Source: Octopus sinensis
Lineage: Eukaryota
Length of the DNA stretch: 64,000 bases
Reading direction: 5' to 3'
Assembly (NCBI RefSeq): GCF_006345805.1
Contig: NC_043008.1
Location: 61,380,001 to 61,444,000, forward strand
The position numbers were made by a program, and so were the translations under genes. Below, one piece after another: positions 40,786-53,444 of this stretch. The notes under the pieces are model-generated. The model was not told the origin of the DNA, searched no databases, and saw only the letters and a list, made by a program, of their open reading frames with translations. Positions within the stretch are counted from its first letter, which is position 1. Each line of letters begins with the position of its first letter.

Positions 40786-41096
40786 GGAGGCGCAATGGCC
40801 CAGTGGTTAGGGCAGCGGACTCGCGGTCGGAGGATCGAGGCTTCGATTCCCAGACCGGGCGTTGTGTGTGTTTATTGAGCGAAAACACCTAAAAGCTCCA
40901 CGAGGCTCCGGCAGGGGGGTGGTGGTGACCCCTGTTGTACTGTTTTGCCCCAACTTTCTCTCACACTCTCTGTTTCTTGAGTAACGCTGCGATCGACTGG
41001 CGCCCCGTCCAGCTGGGGGGAACACATACGCCACAAAAACCGGGAATCCTGGCCCATGAGCCTGGCTAGGCTTGAAAAGGGCGACTTTTATCGTTT
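40786..41096 (+). mobile_element. OR2-like tRNA SINE with Meta/V-domain-like tail and a 13-bp TSD
   Basis: A box TGGCCCAGTGGTTAGG, B box GCTTCGATTCCC; flanked by TTATAGGACGACA (40773-85) and TTATAGAACGACA (41097-109). Confidence 0.85.
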
Positions 41097-41471
41097 TTAT
41101 AGAACGACATCTGCTTCGGTGGAGGAGTTAAGTGTTGTGTTCTACACAGAGAACTCAATGGGATAAGCGACAGCGTACTAGTAAAGAACGTTGGCCGCGA
41201 AGGAGGAAGTTGATTGGTTTAAAAATAAATACATGAAAGAAATTTTGAAGGCCCTGTTCCATATTGACTGCTTATTAGTAAGCATAAATTATTGTGCGTG
41301 TTGTGCATGAACAGACAAACATAATATTCATAACCATGCACACACAGACACGCAGTATATCTATATACATACATACATACATACATACATACATAATACA
41401 TACATATATACATATATACATACATATATACATATAAGATGTATATATGCATGTATAAATACTTACATATA

Positions 41472-41657
41472 TCCTTTTACCTGTTTCCGTCATTTGACTG
41501 CGATCATGTTGGAGCACCGCCTTTAATCGAACAAGTCAGCCCCAGGACTTCTCTTTTGTAAGCCTTGTACATATTCTATCGGTCTCTCTGGCTGAACCGC
41601 TAAGTTACGGGGACGTGAAAATACCACCATCGGTTGTTTATATATATATGTATATAT

Positions 41658-41723
<66 letters not shown>

Positions 41724-41882
41724 GGTGGGCTTCTTTCAGTTTACGTCTACTAAATCCTCTCACATGGCTAGGTCGCCCCGAGATTATAGTAGAAGACACT
41801 TGCCGAAGATGCCACGTAGTGGGACTGAACACGGAGCCATTTGGTTAGTAAGCAAGCTACTTACTACACAGCCACTCCTGCG
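41472..41882 (-). mobile_element. OR1-like SINE, near full length
   Basis: Tail CTGTTTCCGTCATTTGACTGCGATCATG, TA array, head ending CACAGCCACTCCTGC. Confidence 0.85.
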
Positions 41883-42939
41883 CCTATACATATATATATG
41901 TATGTATGCGTGTGCGTGTGTGAGTGTTCCTATATCTGTATATAAGCATGTATATATGCAGTGAAAATACATGCTGATTAGGTAGTGGGCATGTGTATAA
42001 CTTCCTTTTATTTAAACGTTAATACTATTAATGAATTTATTTTTCTATATCTTAAATATATCTGGCGCTGTGCAACAAGCCATCCGTCATTTGTGGATGT
42101 TAACTGAATGTTCCAAATCTATTTCAAATAGGCGGCAATTACAAAAGATATTCGACCCCCAACACCTTCCTCAATAAATTCCACAGGCTGTGGTACTTCA
42201 GTGGGAGTGTCAATAAAATTGCAACCGAGCAGCTTATAATGGAACAACGGATGGATATAATAGAGTATTTTATCGTCACAAAAGATTAGCTGTTCAATTA
42301 AAGAGAAAAAAAGAGAAAGTACATTCAGCTTGAAAAGAGCTGTAGATGAAACGTAATCACTCTCTTTTTACTGTTCGTTTAATATTTCTTTTTTCTGTTT
42401 TTGCTTTCAATGCTGAAAATGTTGAAATCTATTCACTGAACATTGTCATGCAGTATACTGGAGTATGTACGATATCTAATGAGATAACATGATGGACTCC
42501 TGTCCGAACAGTTGTCGGTTCCCGTCTCGTTACTGCCATTGTCGCAAAGAATGTAAGAAAAATACAAACAATTATGAATTATATGTATTGATCGGTAGTT
42601 TAACTATCTCTAACATGTAAACGAAGAATGTGCTAGATTACAAAGCAGATTTCGAAGAAAATTTATGACATGGATTTCTCGTGTGTGTTTCAAAGTAAAG
42701 CAAGAAGTAAAATTCTTTATTATAGAAAACGCTAACCATCCCACTTACGAATGCGTTTCGTGGATAAGAAAGTTCCATGATACGTATGCCATCGGGGAAA
42801 TTACCGGCAGATAGAACCTGTATTTTTCTACCAGTAAATACATATACTGTGTATATTATATTAATTGATTTTATTTCTATGTTCTGGTTTATGTTTTTCA
42901 CTGTTTGATTTGCCTAAGAGTGGTTTTATCTCTAATTTA

Positions 42940-43030
<91 letters not shown>

Positions 43031-43559
43031 GATGTACATATATATATGTGTGTGTGTGTGTATACAAATTTTAATTCCTTCTTTTTGCGCTTTATCCCAG
43101 TAAATTCCCGAAACAAATAGAAAGGTAGAATAGTTTCCATTGCAGTATTTGTTTCATGAACATTGGGGGATTTGGAGTTAAACAAGAACAGCAACCCTGT
43201 AAGTGGTAAACTTATGCTTCAAAACATAGAATGAAAGAGTTTTCTAAATACGACCTCTCCCAACATCTGTTTCACCTTGATATATTCTTATTTCATTTAC
43301 CACACTACAATAAAGTTCACGCTCTATCAATGTGACCCCCGGATGTTGCCTTTTTCCTTCATATTTTTTTTTTCAAAAACAAAATTAACATTAAATTGAC
43401 TAACTAGTATAGCAAAATGTAGGCGCACTTCTTTCAACTTACTTATATACAAAGACGTCTACGTTTATGGAAAAAAAACTCTATTCTTTTATGACAGGAA
43501 ATATCCTAAAAACTGTGAAAATATTTGACAATTTAATAAAATAATTTAATTAAATAAAT

Positions 43560-43598
43560 ATCAAATTTGACAGAATAACCTGAATGCTAACGGGTTAA
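43560..43598 (-). mobile_element. Possible piggyBac-type terminus (TTAA|CCCGTTAGCATTCAGG on - strand)
   Basis: TTAA followed by CCC. Partner end not found. Confidence 0.25.
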
Positions 43599-46500
43599 AG
43601 TGTGCGAAATAGAAAAGTAATTGTAAAGAGACAGTCTGTGAGGGGCAGATAACTTGCATATGCTAGTAAAAATCAAGTCATTAGAAATCGAAGGAAAAGA
43701 ATAATTTCTGTTGGTTGGTATATGTTTATGAACTTTAAATTAAAATATCTTTGTAAGAAAGCAAGACAAGTTAATATACGTCTTTCGTTGTCAACGGAAT
43801 CTGAAACTATATAATTTGATAAATTCAAATTAGTATTGCGAGGCTTTTGTATGTTGTGTTAACGCAGGTAGTTTTTATTATTTTACAATACCAAAAGTCT
43901 GAGATAGTTAAATTCTCTAATAGTATAACATTAAGCCTTAGAATTATTCACAATTATTCTCATTGTTTTATACCAAATGAAAGATAACATGACGTACTGT
44001 TTGCTAAATATCCTCAGTTATTCACTTGCCAATGTTACTGTCCTTTGTATATTTCAAATTGTGAAGCAAAGTATAAGGATACATACCAACACTCCAACCT
44101 TTTTAGACGACCTACTCAAGGAAGATGCTTCATTTTCCATTATTTTATTGTTCTAAGATATTGCCATATATCATAACCGTGTGGAATGCTATCAGTCTGG
44201 TGTTGACTCCATAACAAGATATAAATAGCTTCTGATATTAACACTTTTAACTGTCTGTCCTCGTACACAAACTAAAAATGGTAATAAAATGATTGACAAT
44301 AAAATGCAGGGAGATTTAAATGAATATGTTGACCACATTAGATTATGATTTACACTGATTTTGTTTTAATTTCTTGGGACTGAAGTAGAAGTAGTGACTA
44401 ATACCATCGTATTTTTCTTGTAGACCATTTGAAGTTGGTATTAAGGTCATTGGGAATCTTTCTAAGCCCAGCTACAGGTAGGACATATTCATGGGGAAGT
44501 TCCGGGTGACCGAGCTTTTGAGGAAAATTGATTAGTTGTAGTAATGTCGTCTGATTTCTTCGTTGAACTGTTCATAATTTTGAAAAGCAAAATAAAATTC
44601 AACACCTTACACTTCAAATTTCTAATTTTAGACTAAATATAAACTAGTAAACTTATTTTCCTCAGCTTTAGTTTTAAGTCATATTTACTATTTGATAGCC
44701 ATCATTAAAGCAAAGATATATAAAACATCAGATTTCCTGTATTGGTTTAAAATTTTATAATTTGGTGATCGATAATATTATCTATTTCTCAGCATCATTG
44801 TCCGTTAAAGATTTCTGCAGGTTCAAACCTGAAGAGCGATGAGTTTAAATAGGTTACAGTAAGCCTAGAGATGTCGTATATTATGACACAATTAATAACT
44901 TTATCAGTACTTAAGGATACCCAGAGAGAAGACAATGTTTATGATATTAAATCTCCACCGTTGAATTAGCATATGAATTCAGTTTGGAATTTAAATTATG
45001 ACAGCTTTGAGAGAATGAGTATTCAGTGTTGCAATGTAATGAATCACAAATCCATTTAACTTTACTTTTGTCAATTACAATTAGTTGCATCGTCCCTGCA
45101 TTATCTGCGACTCGAAAAACAATTCCTGCGTTATTAAATTTCAGTCTTTCTCTGGCAAACAAACCTGAGAAATGAATTATCATATCAGTAGACTAAAACT
45201 TCCAACTTTTCCTGCTATAGTTTGCTAGAATTAAATATTACAACATTCGCTTTCCTATTAAAATTGCAGTTGCAGTTGGATTGAATTGGGATTAATTAAA
45301 ATGCAACCACACCTCAAAACATTAATTTTACAATCCGATTCAATGAAGACAACGATAATTAGAATATTCCAGATGGAGACTGCATCGGCGAGATATAAAA
45401 TGTCCATTATTTTTAAGTCTAAGCCACTGCTATTAATTGCGAGTTGCATATTAATGAATGTTTCAGAATTATCTTGCCATAAAGGTGTACAAAATCATTA
45501 TTTATAAAATTCAGCTTTTATAACATTCTGTAAAGTTATCTAATAGAACGTACGCTTCTATGTAACGGTATTGTTTGGATATCTTCAATCTGAGACGGAA
45601 TGCAATGCAAGATTTACGGTTGATGGATATTCTGCGATTTTGTGTTTTGATTTTTAAGTGAACTCAGATGAAATACATGGTATACATGACAATTATAACA
45701 TACAAGATCTGAATAGATTTACCTCCCATAGTTTTATGTTAACAACAACAACTGCCTGATATGAATTACATGGCAGATTGCATTATTTTCACTCTTTTTT
45801 CCTATTGGTTTAGTTTAATCTTTTTCTAAGGAATATAAAAATATAGCATAATCTAATATGAAGTACATATATCCAGTTTTGGTGAAATAGATTTTGAAAG
45901 TAAATGCATGGTGTCGCTGAAAAGTGTGCGTGGCAATTTAGAATGATTTGAATTAAGTTAAATGAGTGAAATCGAATATTAATTAAGCGCATCAAATCAA
46001 TTTTCAAGTGAGCAGGAATGCAAAAAAGCAAAAAAATAATGACTAAGAGCGGAACAATATCTAAGAGAAGGAACATTCTGGTAATGAAAGCATTGCTTAA
46101 TAGGCAAGAATTATTGCTTGCTGCAATGACTTTCTAAAGGTAGCTAATATGTCTCCACTCATTGATTATATTATAGAAGTATCACATTATGACCTACACA
46201 GATAAAATTTCTATTTGCCCACCTGAATATTGATCAATCATGTTCATATATGACCATATAGCAGCTGACTCCAAGAATACATTTTTCATTAGTTATTCAC
46301 ACAGTTATTCACAGATAAAATCTCCAATTCACAGCAGCTGAGTCATTCCAAATGATATTCATAAATATATAAATACAAAATCTTAATTAGGAATCGTAAT
46401 ACAATTTAATTCTTTCTGGTAATACGATTTCTGCAATACATGTTGTAAAACTAATACCATCTGTATTAAATTTTGTGTTCTGATTGCCAAATTAATTGAT

Positions 46501-46636
46501 CCAAATGGCGACATGACGGTGACTGACATCTGAGCGTCTTTATCTACATTTGCAAAGTGCAATTTGAGATGAATATTAAAGTATTCAAACAACCCCAAAA
46601 GCATTTGTTCACACTTTCATTTAATCCTATCATGAC

Positions 46637-46703
<67 letters not shown>

Positions 46704-47638
46704 GAAGGCAACTAGATGTGACAATCAATTTATACCATTCTGTGTAGAAACTGATAAGTGTGTATATCTTTAATCCGAAGAAGTATGAAACGGCGCGTAG
46801 GGAAATCAAAGGTTCTAAATTTACAATGAAATCCTCTATTGTATAGCAAATTATGTGAATCGGATATTAAACATCCACGATAAATTAAATCGTGGAGTAG
46901 ATGGTGATTGTAATCCAGATTTAATCCATCACCTTATATGTGCACAAATTTTAATGTCGCAACTTTCGATCAGTTTTAGCGTACCTTATATAAGATCGAT
47001 TAAAAGACTGTGATCAACATATTTTAAAGGAAACGATTCATGTATTGCCATTCTAATCAATATTATCTTGCTTTATCGGATATTTGAAGAACACGTCTCC
47101 TAACATTTATTAGTTATTAGTGTGATTATAACGTGGAGATTTACTTCATATGATATTTTATGAATTCTAACATATTGGACATTCAGTAATATTACCTAAG
47201 TTATATTCATACTTTTTTCAGAAATATATATTACCACACATTAATGTTTCCACGATAGGAAAATTGGCAATTACTTTCTATTGCAGATTCGTTTTCATCC
47301 ATCAAATCATATAACAGTGCCATTGTGTAACAGGCCTCTTAGTATAAGCAAAAACATATACTTTAAATGATATTGGGGCATATTGCTTGATATGATGGAA
47401 ATAAAGGTTATTTATGTTTTACACATATGATATTATATTTATGACTCTGATTTATAGATTTCTTTCAGATTTGAGGAGTTAAATTTTTCGTTCAAAGGAA
47501 ACTGCATAAAAAAATAATAATAAAGTCAGTTCAACGAACTCACATACGTTGCTCATAAACTCAGAAGAAATAGCTATTGACGAAGCTACGGTACAATTTC
47601 GCGAGTGAAATTTGTCAGAGAATATGAGACGAATCATC

Positions 47639-47706
<68 letters not shown>

Positions 47707-47716
47707 AAGAAAGAGA

Positions 47717-47767
<51 letters not shown>

Positions 47768-47777
47768 GAAAGAGAGA

Positions 47778-48155
47778 TAGCGAGGTGATTCAAAAGTCTC
47801 CATACATAGGGAAAATTTATCTTTTTATAAGAAACAGCTTATAAGATCTCCTAGTCCCCTGATCTAACCCCTCTTGATTTCTATCTTTTGGGGCATTTGA
47901 AAGGCATGGTGTGTCGCAGAAAGATGAAATAATGAAATCATTTGAAGGAACACAACACCAACTCTTTTGTACATGTATCAACAGGTTTGCAGTTACGAGT
48001 TCACAATGACAGGGGTAAACGTATTGCAATGTGTATTCAAATCAGTGGTAACAATACAGAGCCTATTAAATAAAACAAAATGTTCTTATAAACTGTTTCT
48101 TATAGTAAGATAAATTGTTCCTATGTATGGCGACTTTTGAATCAACCTCTCTCTA
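47778..48155 (+). mobile_element. Tc1/mariner-superfamily deletion derivative (MITE-like) with ~65-bp TIRs
   Basis: GAGGTGATTCAAAAGTCTCCATACATAGG...AGAAACAGCTTATAAGA versus rc of TCTTATAAACTGTTTCT...CCTATGTATGGCGACTTTTGAATCAACCTC; TA at both ends; internal SPDLTPLDFYLLGHLKGMV remnant. Confidence 0.8.
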
Positions 48156-48660
48156 TATATACATAACACCTAAACGCAAAAACAAGGGCACAATTCAGCA
48201 CCAATATTGCTAAAAATACATATCGTAACAACCCAATAGCCAATACAAGCACATATGCTCTGACAAGGGAGACAAGTTCCCTAGGGATGGAGATACACTC
48301 AGCTCATCGAGGATTTCGCGTTTTGATGCTAAATGGATTTTAACACTCATAAGTGACTCTCACCGCGCCTAAGGATAAACTCAACTCGTCTTTTTAGCTT
48401 AGAAAATTTCCGTTGAGATCATACGTTGAATTCAAAAGCGGTAAATATGAAAATTATAATAATATCGATGACAAAATCACAATTGTACAAAGTAAAAGCA
48501 AAACTATATATGTTACTAAAGTGAAGAAGGGCATTAATGAACACCAGCTTTGCTAGAAAATACAAGTCAAAATAACATAATCCCCACCAAAAGTACCCAT
48601 GACCTCAAAAGTGAGACAAGCTACTTATGGTCACATATATTGCGATTTAGCCACATATAT

Positions 48661-49138
<478 letters not shown>

Positions 49139-49799
49139 ACCTATATTATTTGTAATTTTCACTTTTACCTTCTTTGAAATCTGCATAAGATCTCAATGAA
49201 AATCTTATAGGCTAACAAGGCAAGGTGAGTTTAACCCTAGGTGAGGACAGAACCACTGATGAGCGTTAAAATTCATTAAATATCAGAACGCGAAGTCGTC
49301 TTGATCAAGCTGTACCTACGACTTGTGTTACTTGTTAGCTCATTAAAATAGTGTTTTTGTTGGCTATACTTATTTCTAGCAATACTGGTACTAATTAGTT
49401 CCCTTGTTCACCTTATTGACATATTTTTGCGTCTAGGTTGTAAAATTGCGACTTAGCTACCAATATTATTTGTATAGGTGTGTGTATGTGTATGTGCGTG
49501 AGTGTGTATATATATATATATATGTGTGTGTGTGAGAGTGTATGTGTGTATGTATGTATGTAGACAATTAGATATGTGTGTGTGTATGTAAGTTCCTCTC
49601 TATGTATAAATATATGTTTATGTGTGTACGTTCAGTGGATGTTTCATTCCGAAATTACAGCAGATCTCCCGGCGAAGTAGATTAAGATATATCTGAAAAA
49701 TTGGACTGGATTATCGTGTTTATTTTAGGAAAAGGGCAACGGTCTCCCATCTTCTCAAAATGAACTATTTTAGAATGTATAAGGTAACAGCGTTTTAAA

Positions 49800-50002
49800 A
49801 TTTTGGCACAGCACTTACAATTTTAGGGAAGTGGTAAGCCGATTACAACAACCCAAGTCCTCAACTGGTACTTATTTTAACCACACCGAATTGATGGAAG
49901 GTGAGGTCAATATCGGCGGAATTTCAACTTAGAAAGTAAAGACGGACAAAATGCGGCTGAGAATTTAGCCCTGTGTGCTGATCATTCTCTCATCTCGCTG
50001 CC
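49800..50002 (-). mobile_element. Decayed Deu/Nin-like SINE
   Basis: ACTGGTACTTATTTTAACC...GATGGAAGGTGAGGTCAATATCGGCGGAATTTCAACT...AAAGACGGAC. Confidence 0.6.
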
Positions 50003-50214
50003 GTTTTTATAAAGCAATATTCACATCAAAATATATCCACACATACACACACACAAAAACCCAAAATAAATTTTAGTTGCGTTAAGTATATAAAACCAAA
50101 AATATAAGATTAAGAATTTTATATATCATTTAAAGATAAACGGATTTTATGAATTCTAAGGTTATATATATATATATAATATATATATATATATTATATA
50201 TATATATATATATA

Positions 50215-50249
<35 letters not shown>

Positions 50250-50251
50250 GC

Positions 50252-50631
50252 GAAGGAGTGGCTGTGTGGTTCCGGGTTCAGTCCCACTGCGTGGCATCTT
50301 GGGCAAGTGTCTTCTGCTATAGCCCCGGGCCGACCAATGCCTTGTCAGTGGATTTGGTAGATGGAAACTGAAAGAAGCCTGTCGTATGTATATATATATA
50401 TATGTGTGTGTGTGTTTGTGTGTCTGTGTTTGTCCCCCTAGCATTGCTTGACTACCGATGCTAGTGTGTTTACATCACCGTCACTTAGCGGTTAGGCAAA
50501 AGAGACCAATAGAATAAGTACTGGGCTTACAAAGAATAAGTCCCGGGGTCGATTTGCTCGACTAAAGGCGGTGCTCCAGCATGGCCGCAGTCAAATGACT
50601 GAAACAAATAAAAGAGTAAAGAGTAAAAGAG
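50252..50631 (+). mobile_element. OR1-like SINE, young copy with a deletion between two TGTGGT repeats
   Basis: GAAGGAGTGGCTGTGTGGTTCCGGGTTCAGTCCCACTGCG...GGCGGTGCTCCAGCATGGCCGCAGTCAAATGACTGAAAC. Confidence 0.9.
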
Positions 50632-51931
50632 TATATATATATGTATATATATGTATATATTTATGTATGTATATATATATGTAAATATAATTTCAACAAT
50701 TGAGGGTAAAATTAATTAATTATTAATCAATTTTACCAAGTATTCAGTATGTAAAGGGACCATTTAAGGCGAATTCAATGTAAATATATATATTACAAAT
50801 GTATGTGCATGTGTGAGTAAATGTATCAATACATCCCAATTTGAATATGTATTTATTTATAATTTTATATGAATATAACAATGCACACTGCAGATTTATA
50901 TGTCTGTGTGTATATATGTAGAGAGAGAAATAGAGAGAGAGAGAGAGAGAGAGAGAGCGTGAGTGTGTGTTGTGGAGAGTGATTGATATGTTTATGTATA
51001 TAATATGTAAGTAAGCCTCTATGAATTTCTTCACCCTCTAAGTTGTTGTCTTTAAAATGTTTTTCATTGCTTAAATTTTAATGGTTGAACGCTGTAAATG
51101 GAATAATAATTTATTCAGTTTATCACTTTTATTTATATTAAAATATGCATTTAGCGAAAATATTCGGGTCAAACTTATCGTTTAAGTATGTCATTTAATC
51201 TTTGCTACTGTATACGAACTCGCCTCTGGTATGACAAGATAAAAAATTCGAGCAAAGAACTTTTATCTTTATTCAACCAGTTTTTCCACACTTCTCGCAA
51301 ACCTCTTTAACGTAATCGTAGCATAACGTACGAGCGCAGATGTATAGTCCCTAGAGTAATGTTCTCTTCAAAAGTTACATGGCTCTTTTAAAGCAGATCA
51401 GACTTGCTATCAGATAACTGAGTGAAACCATATGACGGCGTACGAAGGCGGCAGCTGAATGCTGTTGTTGTTAATGGTAAACCACCCGGTAAGACAATTT
51501 AAAGCTATTATCATAAAGACGGATTTAATGGTAGATGACTGTAAACTCACGGTCTTTATAAAAAAAAATGACTGAAGGAAAATACGTAGGGACGCTCCCT
51601 GTAAGAAAAATCAGTAGTAAAGTGGAAAATAAATTTCATTATTGGAATGAGCTACGAAAGTTTGTTTCATTTAAATTCCTTGGCTGACTTGACAAGTTAC
51701 GGCTAAATTTATTCTTAATATAATTTTGTTTTGTATTTATTCATTTATCTATATAGCTATAAGCTTCTTGGTAGTTTCCTCAAACTAGTTTGAATTCTTA
51801 TTTTATGTAATCATCATTCATAAGTACAGGTTTTGCCTTTGCGAGCATCCATATAATTAGAGCAATGAACAGTGGTTTACATATATCCATCTACGTAAAT
51901 GTTCGTGCTATATGTATGTATAGGTATACAC

Positions 51932-52013
<82 letters not shown>

Positions 52014-52019
52014 TGCCGG

Positions 52020-52349
52020 CGCAGCTGTGTGGTAAGCTTGCTCCCACCCAAAGGGGTCTGGGTTCAGTCTCATTGCATGGCACTTCTGACAAGTGTCTTC
52101 TACTATTGATTCCGGCTGATCAAAGGCTTTTTTGTTCATTTGGTTGACGAAACCGAAACCGATCTACAACCGTTGTTGGTATATTTACCTCCTCGTAACA
52201 TAGCAGTTCGGCAAAAGTTACCAATAGGCTAAGAACCAGGCTTCAAAAACAAAGAAAAAGGAAGGTACTGGATCCATTCATTAAACGAAAAATTCTTCAA
52301 GCCGGTGGCAAAGCATGGTTGCAGTCTAATGAGTGAAACAAGTAAAAGA
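52020..52349 (+). mobile_element. Decayed OR1-like SINE
   Basis: GCAGCTGTGTGGTAAGCTTGC...GGTTCAGTCTCATTGCATGGCAC...GAAACAAGTAAAAGA. Confidence 0.7.
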
Positions 52350-52562
52350 CGCAAGATATACATATCCACATGTCGGACAAATTAAGTTAAATAAAATTTC
52401 ATTTCATATTTCTTACGCACATCTCCCCATTATATATATATTTGCAGTATATTTATATGCACTGCGAACAACTGGTGTTCGTAGTTCACATAGATGCTAC
52501 ACCACTACACATCAACAGGAAACACATATTTGCATATATATATATATAGATATATATATATA

Positions 52563-52724
52563 TATAACGGGAAAGTTTACGAAAATAAATAAAAGACGAA
52601 GGCAGGTGGAGTACAGACAAACAAATGTATTAGTATGGCGCTCAGGAAGAGAAATAGAACAAGTCTTTTACGTTTCGAGCCTACGCTCTTCGACAGAAAG
52701 ATACACAGAAAAGAAACAAGGAGA

Positions 52725-52727
<3 letters not shown>
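52563..52727 (-). mobile_element. Penelope-like pLTR fragment (family C) in (TA)n
   Basis: Contains the hammerhead motif at 52664-52701 and the TATGGCGCTCAGGA motif shared with family B. Confidence 0.6.
52664..52701 (-). ncRNA. Minimal hammerhead-like motif, CUGUCGA core variant
   Basis: rc: UCUUU CUGUCGA A GAGC guag GCUC GAA ACGU A AAAGA; perfect 5-bp stem I, 4-bp stem II, palindromic ACGU stem III. Confidence 0.6.
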
Positions 52728-52780
<53 letters not shown>

Positions 52781-53001
52781 TTATGTGTAGTGGTTGAGCC
52801 TCTATATGCACCGTAAACACCTATTGTAGGGTTCCAAACAAATATAATAGGGAATGTGCGTAGGACATATACTTATTTTTCTTTGTCTTTATTTCTCCTA
52901 TCTCTATATATGTATGTGTAGTATCTTTTACTTATTACAATAATTAGACTAGGTCTACGCTATTTGAACAATTTACATCGCCTTGAACAATTTACATCGC
53001 C

Positions 53002-53377
53002 GCAGGAGTGGCTGTGTGGTAAGTAGCTTGCTTACCAACCACAAGTTTCTGGGTTCAGTCCCACTGCGTGGCACTTTGCGAGAGTGTCTTCTACTATAGC
53101 CTCGGGCCTACAAAAGCCTTGTGAGTGGATCTTGTAGACAGAAACTGAAAGAAGCTCGTCGTATTTATATATATATATGCGTGTGTTTATGTTTGTGTGT
53201 CTGTGTTTGTACCCCAACATCGCTTGACAACCGATGCTGGTGTGTTTACGTCCCCGTAAGTTAGCGATTCGGCAAAATAGACAGATAGAATAAGTACTAG
53301 GCTTACAAAGAATAAGTTCTAGTGTCGATTTCTTCGACTAAAGGCGGTGCTCCAGCATGGCCACAGTGAAATGACTG
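53002..53377 (+). mobile_element. OR1-like SINE, near full length
   Basis: GCAGGAGTGGCTGTGTGGTAAGTAGC...GGCGGTGCTCCAGCATGGCCACAG. Confidence 0.9.
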
Positions 53378-53395
53378 TTAGTGAGAGTAATGAGT

Positions 53396-53444
<49 letters not shown>

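Noticed and set aside
49256-49300. CTGATGA-GCGTT...AACGC-GAAG-TCGTC hammerhead-like motif
   Set aside because: The core has GAAG instead of GAAA and stem I does not pair (ACCA versus TTGA); at best a decayed remnant.
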